From Eledone cirrhosa (taxonomy: Eukaryota), in NCBI GenBank assembly GCA_964016885.1, contig OZ024745.1:88102001-88166000 (forward strand): a stretch of DNA of 64,000 bases, written 5' to 3'. Positions 1 through 13,399 of this stretch are shown here, in pieces. Position 1 is the stretch's first letter. Every line of letters begins with the position of its first letter. Under the pieces are notes generated by a model, which was given only the letters and a program-made list of their open reading frames with translations, searched no databases and was not told the origin of the DNA. The translations under genes were made by a program, and so were the position numbers.

Positions 1-289
1 GGGAATTACCAATTCTATTGCTCTTCAGTGGGTGTGAAATTAGTAAATCCTTCACTTCTAAGTAACTCAGAAGACTGAATGGTGTGCGTCTATAAATTAA
101 AGCACATGGCATCCAGAACCTATCGTGTCTCATAAAACGTATCTACTAAAAATAGCATTCAAGATCACTCGACATTCAAAATAGTTCACCAAATTCAGGG
201 AATCTGTTCCCTTACGGTTTGAACACATATATGTATATATCTGTGTTTATCTCTCTTTTATATTCAATTATATTTATCTATATATATAT

Positions 290-366
<77 letters not shown>

Positions 367-748
367 GCTTATTCTTGTCTCAACACCAAATGAGTAAACA
401 TGTTTATTTCTGGCGTTCTCACACGGCTTCTGAGATATGTGTCACATGACCCCAGCTTAAAACATTCCTAGCTGTGTTATTCGCTGGTTTAAAATGTGTT
501 GTTTTCTATTCTTGACCCTTCTACAATTACCAGAACTGTCTCCTTTCATCCGAATTAGAAGGCCGTGTCTTTCTTCACATTCCCGTTATTTTACTACAAA
601 CATCGATCTATAGAAATTTCACACGGGAACTGAATTTCATCGATCACATCATATCAGTCTGTGAAATTATAGACATTCATAGACACGTCTCCTCCTTCTC
701 CTTCCCAGTAATTGATAACAAAAATTCCCCCCAAACCAAACAAACAAA

Positions 749-786
<38 letters not shown>

Positions 787-1410
787 CATACATGCAATAC
801 ATAAAAGAACATGTGACTAGACTGAAGCAGAAACATATGTGTATACACTTCACTGTTGGAAAGCAGAGTTCAGTTGAGTGAAGCTGATCGTCTAGGCTTG
901 AAGCCATCTCTTGTGTCTATAAGGTGAAAACAAAGTAAATAGCCTGTAGCTCAGGTAACTACTCTGAGAGCTCTCCTCAGAGTGCAGACATGATATATCT
1001 CATTTATGGACGGAGATGGATGGCTAATGTACATATTTGTATTTGTATCTGTGTAAGCAGGTTTACTATTTTATTTTTTAGTTTTTAACCAAAGAAAATA
1101 TAAGAAGGTTTTCTCTTTCCTAGAAATATACTGATATATTTATGCATTATGTGCTGTTTGTTAGCACATATGTGATTATGGCATGTCACTAGCATTACTA
1201 CTTAAAAAAAGACTGTGGCATCGTAGAGTGAGATCGATAAACCTGAAGACAAAATAGTGAAAGGATGTGATAGATTCAATATTGATTATTTCACACAGGA
1301 ATTACTTCTTAGTAGCTCCTAATCGGTTTTCTTTATTCTCATGTCTCTCTCTCCTTACACACACACACACACATACATACACACATACATACACACGCCA
1401 CACACACACG

Positions 1411-1444
<34 letters not shown>

Positions 1445-1561
1445 ATATATATATATATATGCCTCAAAAACATCATTCACTGCACTCCTCCAAATCACCA
1501 CTCCTCCTCCTTCTCCTCCACCACCTCATCATCATCATCATCACCATCATTGCCAGTATCG

Positions 1562-1646
1562 CATTCTTCTTCTTCTTCTTCTTCTTCTTCTTCTTCTTCT
1601 TCTTCTTCTTCTTCTTCTTCTTCTTCTTCTTCTTCTTCTTCTTCTT
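1562..1646. repeat. (TTC)n microsatellite; representative of dozens of (TA)n, (CA)n, (AAT)n and (AGCC)n tracts across the window
   Basis: Directly visible perfect trinucleotide array. Other large arrays include (TA)n at 2398-2470 and 2787-2950, (CA)n at 12631-12752 and (AAT)n at 52910-52998. Confidence 0.98.
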
Positions 1647-1748
1647 TCCGCCAATACATCTACATATGTTGTTATTTTTCTGTAGGAATGTCCATAAATA
1701 AAGAAATCGATTGAGAGCAGCCATCCAGTCATCCATGTCTCTAGCCAA

Positions 1749-1779
<31 letters not shown>

Positions 1780-1971
1780 TCTCTCTAGCCAACCAGCCAG
1801 CCAACCAGACAGCCAGCCAGACAACCAACAATCTAGCCAACCATCCATCTCTCTAGCCAACAAACCAATCACCCATCCAACCAGTTAATCAATCGAAACC
1901 AATCAATAAATCGAAACATGAACGTGTAACTCTCTCTTTCTTTTCACTATTCATATTATACATATATATAT

Positions 1972-2309
1972 ATACGATATTGACAAATGGAAACTATATT
2001 TATAAAATCATATTTATATCATTATACATATTTCAAGGACACCAAGTTAAATTATGGTGTGCTTTCATCAGATAAAATATAATATAGATCAGTTTTATAA
2101 ATAAATATTGACATACCCTTAAAGAATGCAACCATTACTGTTGCAATGATTGCATTCTTTAAGGGTATCTCAATATTTATTTATAAAACTGCTCTATATT
2201 ATATTTTATCTGATGAAAGCACACCATAATTTAACTTGGTGTCCTTGAAATATGTATAATGATATAAATATGGTTTTATAAATATAGTTTCCATTTGTCA
2301 ATATCGTAT
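1972..2309. repeat. Near-perfect inverted repeat (about 165-bp arms), probable non-autonomous PLE pLTR fold-back
   Basis: atacgatattgacaaatgg... (1972) is the reverse complement of ...ccatttgtcaatatcgtat (2309). Apex about 2137-2144. A (TA)n tract abuts the left arm, and another follows a unique tail at 2310-2397. Confidence 0.9.
2200..2268 (+). ncRNA. Type I hammerhead ribozyme motif (minimal, PLE-type); mirror copy on the minus strand at about 2014-2082
   Basis: CTGATGA 2210-2216; stem II aagcacacca/tggtgtcctt; GAAA 2247-2250; short stem III T-atgt-A with cleavage triplet ATA; imperfect AT-rich stem I. Confidence 0.72.
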
Positions 2310-2396
2310 TTTTACTCCAATTATTTGTTGAGTGCTTTATATCAGTTATATAAATATTTGCTTGTTGTATCCTTACAATTTAAATAGAACTTTTGC

Positions 2397-3482
<1,086 letters not shown>

Positions 3483-3512
3483 TATATATACATACATATA
3501 TACATTACATAC

Positions 3513-3589
<77 letters not shown>

Positions 3590-3602
3590 TACATTACATA
3601 CA

Positions 3603-3657
<55 letters not shown>

Positions 3658-3664
3658 TTATATA

Positions 3665-4163
3665 TGATGGCTGCCCCCTCGTTATCGAGTATGGCCATTG
3701 CACGATATAGCTTTATTAATAATTATTAATTAATTCTATCGTACAATGCCTGTGCGTGAAGATATTTTTTCAAGTGAGGAAAGACTGTGCACTGAGCCAA
3801 TCCCACTCTCTGAGCGACAGTAGCTGTAACCCGAAAAGAAGAAAAGATCAACATCATCAGTAACTACTGAGCCGTCATCCCAGTTTCCTCAGTTACCTTT
3901 TAGAAGAATGCCCTGACATAGGCTAGGGGTCCCAGTGGTTTAACCGCGCGGTACATATTTACACACTTTTGGATGGCCGTTGACTCTTACGAGTTCAGCC
4001 GCCCTTTGTCAGGTTTTGCTTTTTGTCCTGCAGGGTGTCCAAAATCACCCTCCTCACCAAGTAAAATTGGTGGAGTTGTCAGTTTAGTCGCCGACGACCC
4101 GACCATGCGACAGGTTGTACTGGGTTACATGTTATCAGTAGCACTCAAGAGTGACCCGACATG
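3665..4163 (-). mobile_element. Non-autonomous RTE-derived short element (subfamily 2); other pieces at 4511-4552 plus 8425-8700, and at 20440-20636
   Basis: Shared blocks tggctgccccctcgttatcgagtatggccattgcacga, caatgcctgtgcgtga...cccactctctgagcgacag and ggccgttgact...gagtgacc recur at these positions. Confidence 0.65.
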
Positions 4164-4682
4164 AAATATCTACTTACATGGTAGCTGCCAACTCGTTTTC
4201 TAGTACCGCCACTACTTTATATCTATGTAGGAGAACCCCTACCGGTGCGCTGAACGAGTGTGACTTTTTAGTCCAGCCAGCCACGTGAAAACTCTGGTAC
4301 AAACACTACACTTCTGACAATTATTGACACAGAGTGCTTGGCCCATGGTACCATGTGACGACAAGATGCCTGTGCCGTGAAGCTTTTATAGTGAGCAAAG
4401 GCACTGCACAAAGCCTGTCCCACTCTCTTAACCAAGATGATATTTACCAAAAATACATACATACATACATTACATACATATATATATATACATATATATA
4501 TATACATACATGATGGCTGCCCCCTCGTTATCGAGTATGGCCATTGCACGAGAAGAAAAAAAAAATAATAATAATAATAATAAAAAAAAAAAGAAATATA
4601 TATATATATATATACATACATATATACATACACACATACATACACATACACACACATATACACACACACATACATTAATAAC

Positions 4683-4716
<34 letters not shown>

Positions 4717-4833
4717 GCAATAATAATAATAACGACAACAACAATAATAATATACATATTCACATATATATACACACACACGCACGCACATAAGCATATC
4801 TACACACACACACACACATACACACGATAGCAA

Positions 4834-7800
4834 CTAACAGTGCTGCGATCGAATGTGGCTTTTTAGCCCAGCCAATGATCTAAAATGTCTTGCACAGAGT
4901 CGGCAACCAAAACATTCACTGGGAATAGTCGGCTGTGGTTGGAGTTCGTGTACTTTTGCATGTCGCTTGAGCCCTCCTGCTGATTTACATTCTCTACCAC
5001 ATGTTTGGCAAGCATGATGAGTAGCATCTCCAACAGCAGCCTGGTAGTCCACCACTGGTCTTACTTTATGACTGCGAAGATGACTTTCGAGTCCAGCTTT
5101 GCTTAGGCAGAGTCTCGCACAGACGCTGCATGTCAGCACCATAGGAGGACCCTCGCCGTCTGGAAGTGCAACAGCAATGCCCTTCCTCACATCCCGCTTT
5201 ACTTTCTCGTGTGCGATTCGAGATGCCTCAAAGGCAACTTTTCCCTCATATACAGTCTTTCTCCATTTATTACGATCAGCAGCAACATTTTCCCATGTAT
5301 CAGCAGAGATGTTAACGTCTTTCAAAGAGGCTTTCAAGGAATCCTTATACCTCTTTTTTGGTTTATGTGGCGGTCGTTTTCCTTTAACCAACTCTCCATA
5401 GAAGAGTTGTTTTGGTATTCTAGAATCCTTCATCCTGGCAAGGTGACCACTCCAACGGAGTCGTTGCTTAAGCACAAGAGCTTCTATACTGTCACACATA
5501 GAGCTTTCCAAAATCTCGACATCACTGATGTGGTCCCTCCAGTGAACGCCATGGATCCATCTGAGACACATCTGATGGAAACGCTCCAATTGCTTAAGGT
5601 GGTGTCGATATGTGACCCAGGTCTCGCAGGCATAAAGAAGACAAGAGAGTACACATGCCCTGTACACCTTTACCTTTGTCCTCCTGCATATATCTCGCCG
5701 ACCCCAGAGTCGCCTTTCAAGCTTTCCGAAAGCATCACTTGCTTTCCTAATCCTAAGTGAGATTTCACTGTCAAGGTTGCCGTATCGATTGACAGTGCTT
5801 CCCAGGTAGACAAACTGATCAACCACTCCAAGTCGTTTGCCATACACATAGATGTTTGGTTCAGTGTACTGCTTACTAGGGGCAGGTTGGTACATGACGA
5901 CGGTTTTCTTGAGACTGACAGTCAAACCCAGGGCAGTGCAAGCGTCAGAAAATGCATTCAAAATGTGCTGCATATCACTCTCTGTGTGCGCTACAAGATC
6001 GCAATCATCTGCATACAAGAGGTCTCTTATGATTGATGTAAATACCTTTGTCTTCGCAGCAAAGCGCCTGATGTTAAATATGCTGCCTGAGGTTCGATAT
6101 CGGATGTAAACACCATGCTCGCAATTCCTGAATGCAATACAGAAAACCATTGCAAAGTATATGGCAAACAGGGTCGGTGCTGGAATATCCCCCTGTTTCA
6201 CTCCATTTTTTACTGAGATAGGCTCCGACATGTTACCTCCGACATTAACCCAAGTCTTCATGTCGTCATGGAAAGACCTAACTAAAGCAAGGAACTTATC
6301 AGGGCAACCAAGTTTCTGGAGAACCTTCCATAATGCATCTCTGTTGACAGTATCGAAAGCCTTTGTCAGATCGACAAAAACCTGATACAGATCCAAGCCT
6401 TGTTCAATGCACTTCTCATGGAGTTGTCTAGCTGAGAAGATCATATCAGTAGTGCCGCGTCCAGCACGAAAACCAGATTGAGTTTCAGGAAGAACACAAT
6501 CTGCAATGTGTGTCAGCAGACGGTCCAGAAGCACCCTACATAAAACTTTCCCTACGACAGAAAGCAATGATATACCTCTGTAGTTCCCACAATCATTCCT
6601 GTTACCCTTTCCCTTGTCCAAGACCACCATTACTGCATCTCTCCAGTCCTCAGGTACGGATTCATTAGCCCATATCCTTCCAAACAAAGAGTGCAGATGC
6701 TGCAGGAGTCTCTCACCACCATATTGTAGGAGCTCAGCATGTATGCCATCCATACCTGGAGATCTTCCACTGTTCAGCTTCGAAATAGCCACTGCAACCT
6801 CCACAAGCGTCGGAGGTTCTGCGAGAGCTACTTTCACAGGACTTTCTGGAATGAGATTGAGGAAATCTTCACTGACGACAGACGGCTGATTCAAAAGATC
6901 ATCAAAGTGCTCTCGCCACCTTCGTAGAATTCCCTGTGAGTCACGAAGAAGTTCTTTGCCATCCTTGCTGCGAAGCGGTGTCACCAGAGAAGAAGATGGT
7001 CCATAAACCTCAGGCAAGAGACTGTACAACAGCTTTGTGTTATTGGAATCGGACGCAGTTTGTATCTCACCAGCCTTCTCACTCCACCACTGATCCTTCA
7101 TCTGAGAAAGACTCCGCCTAACACGTGATTTTACATCCCTGAGCTCCTCATGCAACGTATTCCTCTCCTGTGGTTTTGCCGTCAAGTAGCGTGACAGAGC
7201 ACGCCTCTTATCAGCCAACAAGTCTTCTATATGTACATCATTCTCATTAAACCAGTCCTGATGTTTTCTCTGCACCAATCCCAGAACACGCCTGCCCACA
7301 TCATAAACCGACTTTTTAAGGGTCGGCCAATCCTCACCAAGATCTGCAGCCTGCATCTCTTCTTCCAATGTCCTCTTCACATTTTTATCCTTAAGACGAG
7401 CAGCATTCAATCTTTTGGCCAGGGTAACACCAGGAGCCCGGATTTTACGTTTAGTTATTAGTTTCACTTTTGCGCGTACCAGGCACTCAGCTCCACGAAG
7501 AACACGAACACACTGCACATCCTGTCTGTCACGCATCCTGACTAGGACGTAGTCCAAAAGATGCCATTCCTTAGATGCAGGATGCATCCATGTGGTCTTG
7601 AATTTGTTCTTTTGTTGGAACATGGTGTTGGTAACACACAGATACTCACACATCTGCAGCAGGAGCATACCATTGCCGTTACACTTTCCCACCCCATGCC
7701 TTCCGATTACATTCCATGTGTTAAAATCCCTACCCACTCTAGCATTAAAGTCACCAAGCACGATGACTTTGTCTGCCTGAGGGATATTTCTTAGAACACC

Positions 7801-8334
7801 TTTCAAGGCATGGTAAAAGGACAGTTTTTCTTCATCGACAGAATTCATAGTTGGAGCATACACACTCACCAGGGTAGCATATCTTCCTTTGTCCAGCGGA
7901 ACTCTCATGGACATAAGACGATCACTAATCCCTACTGGGAATTCTTCTAATTTATTCACAAGTACAGCCTCTCTTCTGGTTCCTTCATCTCTTCCTTTCC
8001 AGAAGAATGTATATTCTCCACAAAATTCCGTAACATGACCATCCCCAGCTAACCTCGTCTCAGATAAAGCCACGATGTCAAGATCGTAACGTCGAAGCTC
8101 CTTTGCAACAAGAGCGGTCCTTCGTTCAGGACGCTCCAAGGAATCCCTGTCAAGCAGCGTCCGTACGTTCCAGCAGCCAAGACTAAATGCCTTGTTTGGC
8201 TCTATTACAATGGCACGATGACGAGCGGGCCCAGGCTGTGATAACTTTGGGCCTCTGCCCTTATTGCCAATGATCTTTTTTGTTCCAGAACCTAAATTGC
8301 CAATTATCTCTTTTACATTGTTCTGGAACATCAT
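4834..8334 (-). CDS. RTE-clade LINE ORF: APE endonuclease, reverse transcriptase and three C-terminal C2H2 zinc fingers
   Basis: Endonuclease motifs WNVRTL, LSETR and GDFNARVG. RT motifs KGKG..NYRGISLL, QSGFRAGRGT, FVDLTKAFD, GVKQG and LYADD. Also RLRWSGH and three CxxC-x12-HxxxH fingers. 1166 aa without a stop; the true start codon is uncertain. Confidence 0.95.
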   Translation of the reverse strand: MMFQNNVKEIIGNLGSGTKKIIGNKGRGPKLSQPGPARHRAIVIEPNKAFSLGCWNVRTLLDRDSLERPERRTALVAKELRRYDLDIVALSETRLAGDGHVTEFCGEYTFFWKGRDEGTRREAVLVNKLEEFPVGISDRLMSMRVPLDKGRYATLVSVYAPTMNSVDEEKLSFYHALKGVLRNIPQADKVIVLGDFNARVGRDFNTWNVIGRHGVGKCNGNGMLLLQMCEYLCVTNTMFQQKNKFKTTWMHPASKEWHLLDYVLVRMRDRQDVQCVRVLRGAECLVRAKVKLITKRKIRAPGVTLAKRLNAARLKDKNVKRTLEEEMQAADLGEDWPTLKKSVYDVGRRVLGLVQRKHQDWFNENDVHIEDLLADKRRALSRYLTAKPQERNTLHEELRDVKSRVRRSLSQMKDQWWSEKAGEIQTASDSNNTKLLYSLLPEVYGPSSSLVTPLRSKDGKELLRDSQGILRRWREHFDDLLNQPSVVSEDFLNLIPESPVKVALAEPPTLVEVAVAISKLNSGRSPGMDGIHAELLQYGGERLLQHLHSLFGRIWANESVPEDWRDAVMVVLDKGKGNRNDCGNYRGISLLSVVGKVLCRVLLDRLLTHIADCVLPETQSGFRAGRGTTDMIFSARQLHEKCIEQGLDLYQVFVDLTKAFDTVNRDALWKVLQKLGCPDKFLALVRSFHDDMKTWVNVGGNMSEPISVKNGVKQGDIPAPTLFAIYFAMVFCIAFRNCEHGVYIRYRTSGSIFNIRRFAAKTKVFTSIIRDLLYADDCDLVAHTESDMQHILNAFSDACTALGLTVSLKKTVVMYQPAPSKQYTEPNIYVYGKRLGVVDQFVYLGSTVNRYGNLDSEISLRIRKASDAFGKLERRLWGRRDICRRTKVKVYRACVLSCLLYACETWVTYRHHLKQLERFHQMCLRWIHGVHWRDHISDVEILESSMCDSIEALVLKQRLRWSGHLARMKDSRIPKQLFYGELVKGKRPPHKPKKRYKDSLKASLKDVNISADTWENVAADRNKWRKTVYEGKVAFEASRIAHEKVKRDVRKGIAVALPDGEGPPMVLTCSVCARLCLSKAGLESHLRSHKVRPVVDYQAAVGDATHHACQTCGRECKSAGGLKRHAKVHELQPQPTIPSECFGCRLCARHFRSLAGLKSHIRSQHC

Positions 8335-8366
8335 TGAATTGGAAAAAAAAAAAAAAAGTAATAATA

Positions 8367-8402
<36 letters not shown>

Positions 8403-8969
8403 GTACACTATTAATAATTATTTATGCACTCGTGCAATGCCTGTGCGTGACGAATATTTTTAAAGTGAGGAAAGACTGTGCACTGAGCTAATCCCACTCT
8501 CTGAGCGACAGTAGCTATAACCCGAAAAGAAGAAAAGATCAACATCATCGGTAACTACTGAGCCGCAGGTTTTATATCGGAGTTAACCCAGTTTCCTGAG
8601 ATGCCTTCACCTAGAAGAATGCCCTGACAAGGGCTAGGGGTCCTTCACTCCCAGTGGTTTAACTGCGAGATCGGGCATCCAGCCCGATTATTTCTATGTT
8701 CCCGCGCTAAAAAAAAAAAAAAAAAAAAAAATCACTTATTGACACTTATACGTACGACATACACACGCACGCATACATATGCGCGCACACAGCAACACAT
8801 ACATACAAACAAACACACACACGCTACTCTACTCACTTACACACACATATATATATATATATATTACCGTCATTACTGATACAAGATTACAAGATTATGT
8901 CAACTGTTGACTTTCAAGAATTTGTATAGTTGAAGCCGATCGTATTACAGTCCAGTATTATTATAATTG

Positions 8970-9117
8970 CTTTACAGCATAGAGTTACGTCCCTCCACGC
9001 TCTGAGCTCAAATCCCGCCGAGATCAACCTTGCCCTTCATCCCCACGGAGTCAACAAAAGAGAGTACCAGTGATGCGCTGGCCAGTCGCTGGATCCGTGC
9101 CAAAAGCAGAAAAATTA
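8970..9117 (+). mobile_element. tRNA-derived SINE (Nin/Deu-domain type, family 1), partial
   Basis: gagctcaaatcccgccgag...gcccttcatccccacggagtcaacaaaag..agtaccagt matches the other family 1 copies in the window. Confidence 0.75.
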
Positions 9118-9173
9118 TTATTATATATATATACATACATATATATATGTATATATATGCATAAACACACACG

Positions 9174-9241
<68 letters not shown>

Positions 9242-9266
9242 AGTGTGTGTGTGCGTGTGAGTAAAA

Positions 9267-10141
9267 AAATAATACAACCAACTTTCCACGGAATATTTGA
9301 TAGTTAGCAGGCTATACTTAATTGGGGTTATACTCAGGTTTATCCTAATGTTTGTTGAGTGAGATGGAGTTGGTCAGAGTATCGCTTAAAGCTTTCTCTG
9401 TTAATGTATTAAATATTATACTCTTCTTTATTTATTCTTTATATGAAATATTGATTGCATTTTCCTCTATCTCATGTCTGATATTTTTGCCTGAGAAAAT
9501 ACCTCTATGTATGTATAGTTAGTGCGTACATATATTTATTATTTTTTTAATATCTCTACGTGTGTATAGATGGTTCATACATATATTTATTTTTTTAATA
9601 TCCAATTGAGTTCTTAAACACGTGGTTAAAATACCTAACAGGCTTCAATGACCAACGTGTATATTATTTCATATTTTACGATGACCCCGCCCCTTTCCCT
9701 TTTGGGGACAGTGTGAATTTTCTTTTTGAACGACTACTGGCTTTTCAAATTTAGCTGTCCTTCTAGCACTAACGGAGACCATCATTAATTTTAATATCAA
9801 TGTGATTTTTTATATCGATATTGCATGGTCATCCACTGATGAGTTATAAGGGCCCGCTTGTGTGTATATCTATGGATTATATACAAGTTTCTACATAACT
9901 TGGACATTATTTATCCCAACTTGTAGAAATCTTATAACGAAACGATTGTATGGAAAGAAAGAGAGATTTAGTTAATTATGTCTCATATAAAATAATACAA
10001 CCAGCTTTCCACGGAATACTATATAGTTAGAACCCCAAACACTTAATTGGGATTATACTTAGGTATATCCTAATGTTTGTTGAGTGAGATGGAGTTGGTC
10101 AGAGTATCGCTTAAGGCTTTCTCTGTTAATGTATAAAATAT
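9267..10141 (+). mobile_element. Non-coding element with about 150-bp direct repeats (9267-9415 and 9990-10141) enclosing a hammerhead; partial-tandem pLTR or retrozyme-like
   Basis: Both repeats begin aaataatacaacc and share ctaatgtttgttgagtgagatggagttggtcagagtatcgcttaa. Microsatellite flanks on both sides. Confidence 0.8.
9832..9954 (+). ncRNA. Type I hammerhead ribozyme with branched, extended stem II
   Basis: Stem I tcca/tgga; CTGATGA 9836-9842; stem II gttataag/cttataac (8 bp perfect); GAAAC-gatt-GTA at 9939-9950. Confidence 0.85.
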
Positions 10142-10142
10142 A

Positions 10143-10188
<46 letters not shown>

Positions 10189-10463
10189 AAATAGAAGCTT
10201 TCACCGTATTTTTTACTAGAGAAGTTTTAGCGTGATAGTGGGATTTAGAACCCTCTAAGAAATGGAAAAAGATGAGTATTGACATACAATATATTACAAA
10301 GATTCGGGGTTGACGTCTGACCTCCTACCGTTTCGACAGCAAATTCCACACACACACACACGCACACACACCCACACACACATATATATATATATATATA
10401 CATATATATGTATATATATACACACACACACACATATATATATACATACACAAACACAAACAT

Positions 10464-10580
<117 letters not shown>

Positions 10581-11884
10581 CATACGCATATATATATATA
10601 CATATATATTTGAATGTGCGTTGAAAATATCACAGTATTTCCGACATTCATTCTGCCATTAATTCATTGAGCACACAATACGGTATGTACATTTCTGTAT
10701 GAGAGTGTGAATGACTATTTGTACGCCTGTTTATAGAAAATACCTTAAGAGTTAGAGTTGAAATAAGTGACAGTACATGGAAGTACATAGTTTATTGTAT
10801 TCAAATATACAATTCTGTCCAGTCGATAAATTACAAAAGTGATGGTATTTATTCAGATAAAAAGATTACATATGAATCGAATGGCGATAATATGATGACG
10901 ATTCTTGTCGTTAGATAAAAGTATCTTGAATCCACAATACATTCACCACTAGAAATACCTTATCTGTTCAGAATTGGTACACATTGTCGTCAGTTTGTTT
11001 ATACAATATCAAATAGTTTCAAGGTCATATCATTTATCGTCACTCACCAAAGTTCTTTTCGAAAAACTGGATTTGTTATGATTAGAGATAATCATACCCT
11101 CTGCACAGTTTCATGTCAAAGTGTCAAACTATATACACGGAAATTTGTGTTTTCCTGTTCTTCATATTTGCACCGGTGCATCATAGACAGCTCTGGGCAT
11201 ATTAAAGACTATAGTACATTCTTAGATTTACACAATCCATTTTTGACATAAATTACATACACATTTCATATGTAAGTGCTCATCATTTCTACAATAAAAC
11301 TGGTAACTTGTTGGTATCAGGTTAAATCTCCTCATCTTGTCCTGTGTTCATATAATGTTCGACCCCACTTTGCCTTTCATCGTTCCGTGGATATCATTCA
11401 AATGTTGGTACCGATCTAATTGACTATATCTCCTCCATAAAACGTATGGCTTAGTGTCCATGTGAACCAGTGCTGATTTGATAAACAAAACTTCAGTAAA
11501 GAATCGATTTAAACACATAATTTCTTTCTTCTGTATTCTGTATATAAATGCTGTCGGCGTCGAATTTACATTTGACCTTCCCATGGTTGGAAAATTACAA
11601 ACCGGTAACACAATGTAATCGATAAAAATGACCATGCTTTTCTACTATAATCTTTAATCTGTGTCAGTTATAAGAAAGCAATATTAGGTTTGACAAGGAG
11701 CAGTGTGTTAAGGAACATCGAGAAACTTCTGTTGAAATTATACACTCAATTCTGATTCATCTATATGCATTTTGATTCGATCCAATTCCCTAAAATATCC
11801 AGAATAACATAGCAATGCCACGTCTGTGTAAACTACGGAACTCAACATATTGTAATGACGTTTAATTTACAGAGTAATTGGCTG

Positions 11885-12275
11885 TCTATATACTACAAAA
11901 GCTCTGTGATTGTGTGCTTGTCTGTAATGTAATACCGCCAACACGGCGCATAATGGGAAAATACTTTGAAAGGAAGTTGCTCTTGCAATTGGAATACAAA
12001 TGGAATAAAACACATTTCGCGTAAATCGGAGCACGGGTTCCCGAGATACGGGGTTTTTCCGGATACTTTCACAAATAGCCAACATCTCTATGATAACCAA
12101 TAACCCTCTCTTTCTTTATATTATACCCTTCTCTCTATATATTATAACCCCCTCTCTTTCTATATATTATAACCCCCTCTCTATATATATTATAACCCTC
12201 TCTCTTTCTATATATTTTTAACCGTCTCTCTCTATATATATTACTAGAATACCCAAAGGTGCATGGCTGGTCTAG
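11885..12275 (+). mobile_element. Possible non-autonomous Helitron/Helentron-like element with an internal about 25-bp minisatellite (12100-12242)
   Basis: Starts TCtatatact, ends CTAG|T, and contains aaatcggagcacgggttcccgagat plus ataaccctctctttctatatatatt-type repeats. No clear subterminal hairpin. Confidence 0.4.
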
Positions 12276-12627
12276 TACACACTTGTAATTCACTATTTTT
12301 AAAACGTAAGCGTTTATTTTCAGTGAAGCATAATTCCATTTATATCACCTTAATTAGATTGATTACATACAACCTTTCGATTGCATATCAGGTAATCTCT
12401 AGATTAGATGTCAGAATATGGGAGGTTAATTTTCAAAATGTTCAAAGATTTTCCAAACAGCTAGACGACACTAGGCACGTCCATTATAATATACAATCAG
12501 AGAATGTTCTGATGAGAGATTAAGAAGGAATACTGAAATGATAATTGTGGTTCAATAGTCAGATTGATAGACAGAAATGAAATTTATCTTATATTTAAAT
12601 TATGTGTGCATAAGTGGTGTGGTAAAT

Positions 12628-13170
<543 letters not shown>

Positions 13171-13301
13171 CTTGACTCTGTACACCGTTTATCTTTCACC
13201 GAAAGTGGTTTTTCATTACATCTCTTCTTTCCATGATATCCGGAATACATTGAGTTCTTCATACGGATTGGACACTACCGTAAACTCTTGGTGGATTTAT
13301 C

Positions 13302-13376
<75 letters not shown>

Positions 13377-13399
13377 CTGAACATAATTGAATCAAATTC

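Noticed and set aside
850-930. Possible minus-strand host exon (acceptor ttttcaccttatag ending at 917; another acceptor-like tttcacag near 660)
   Set aside because: No convincing donor, no recognisable peptide and no partner exons; it would need RNA-seq.
10322-10345. Minus-strand GAAAC-G-GTA-ggagg resembling a hammerhead 3' half
   Set aside because: No CTGANGA strand upstream; the sequence is cut off by (CA)n.
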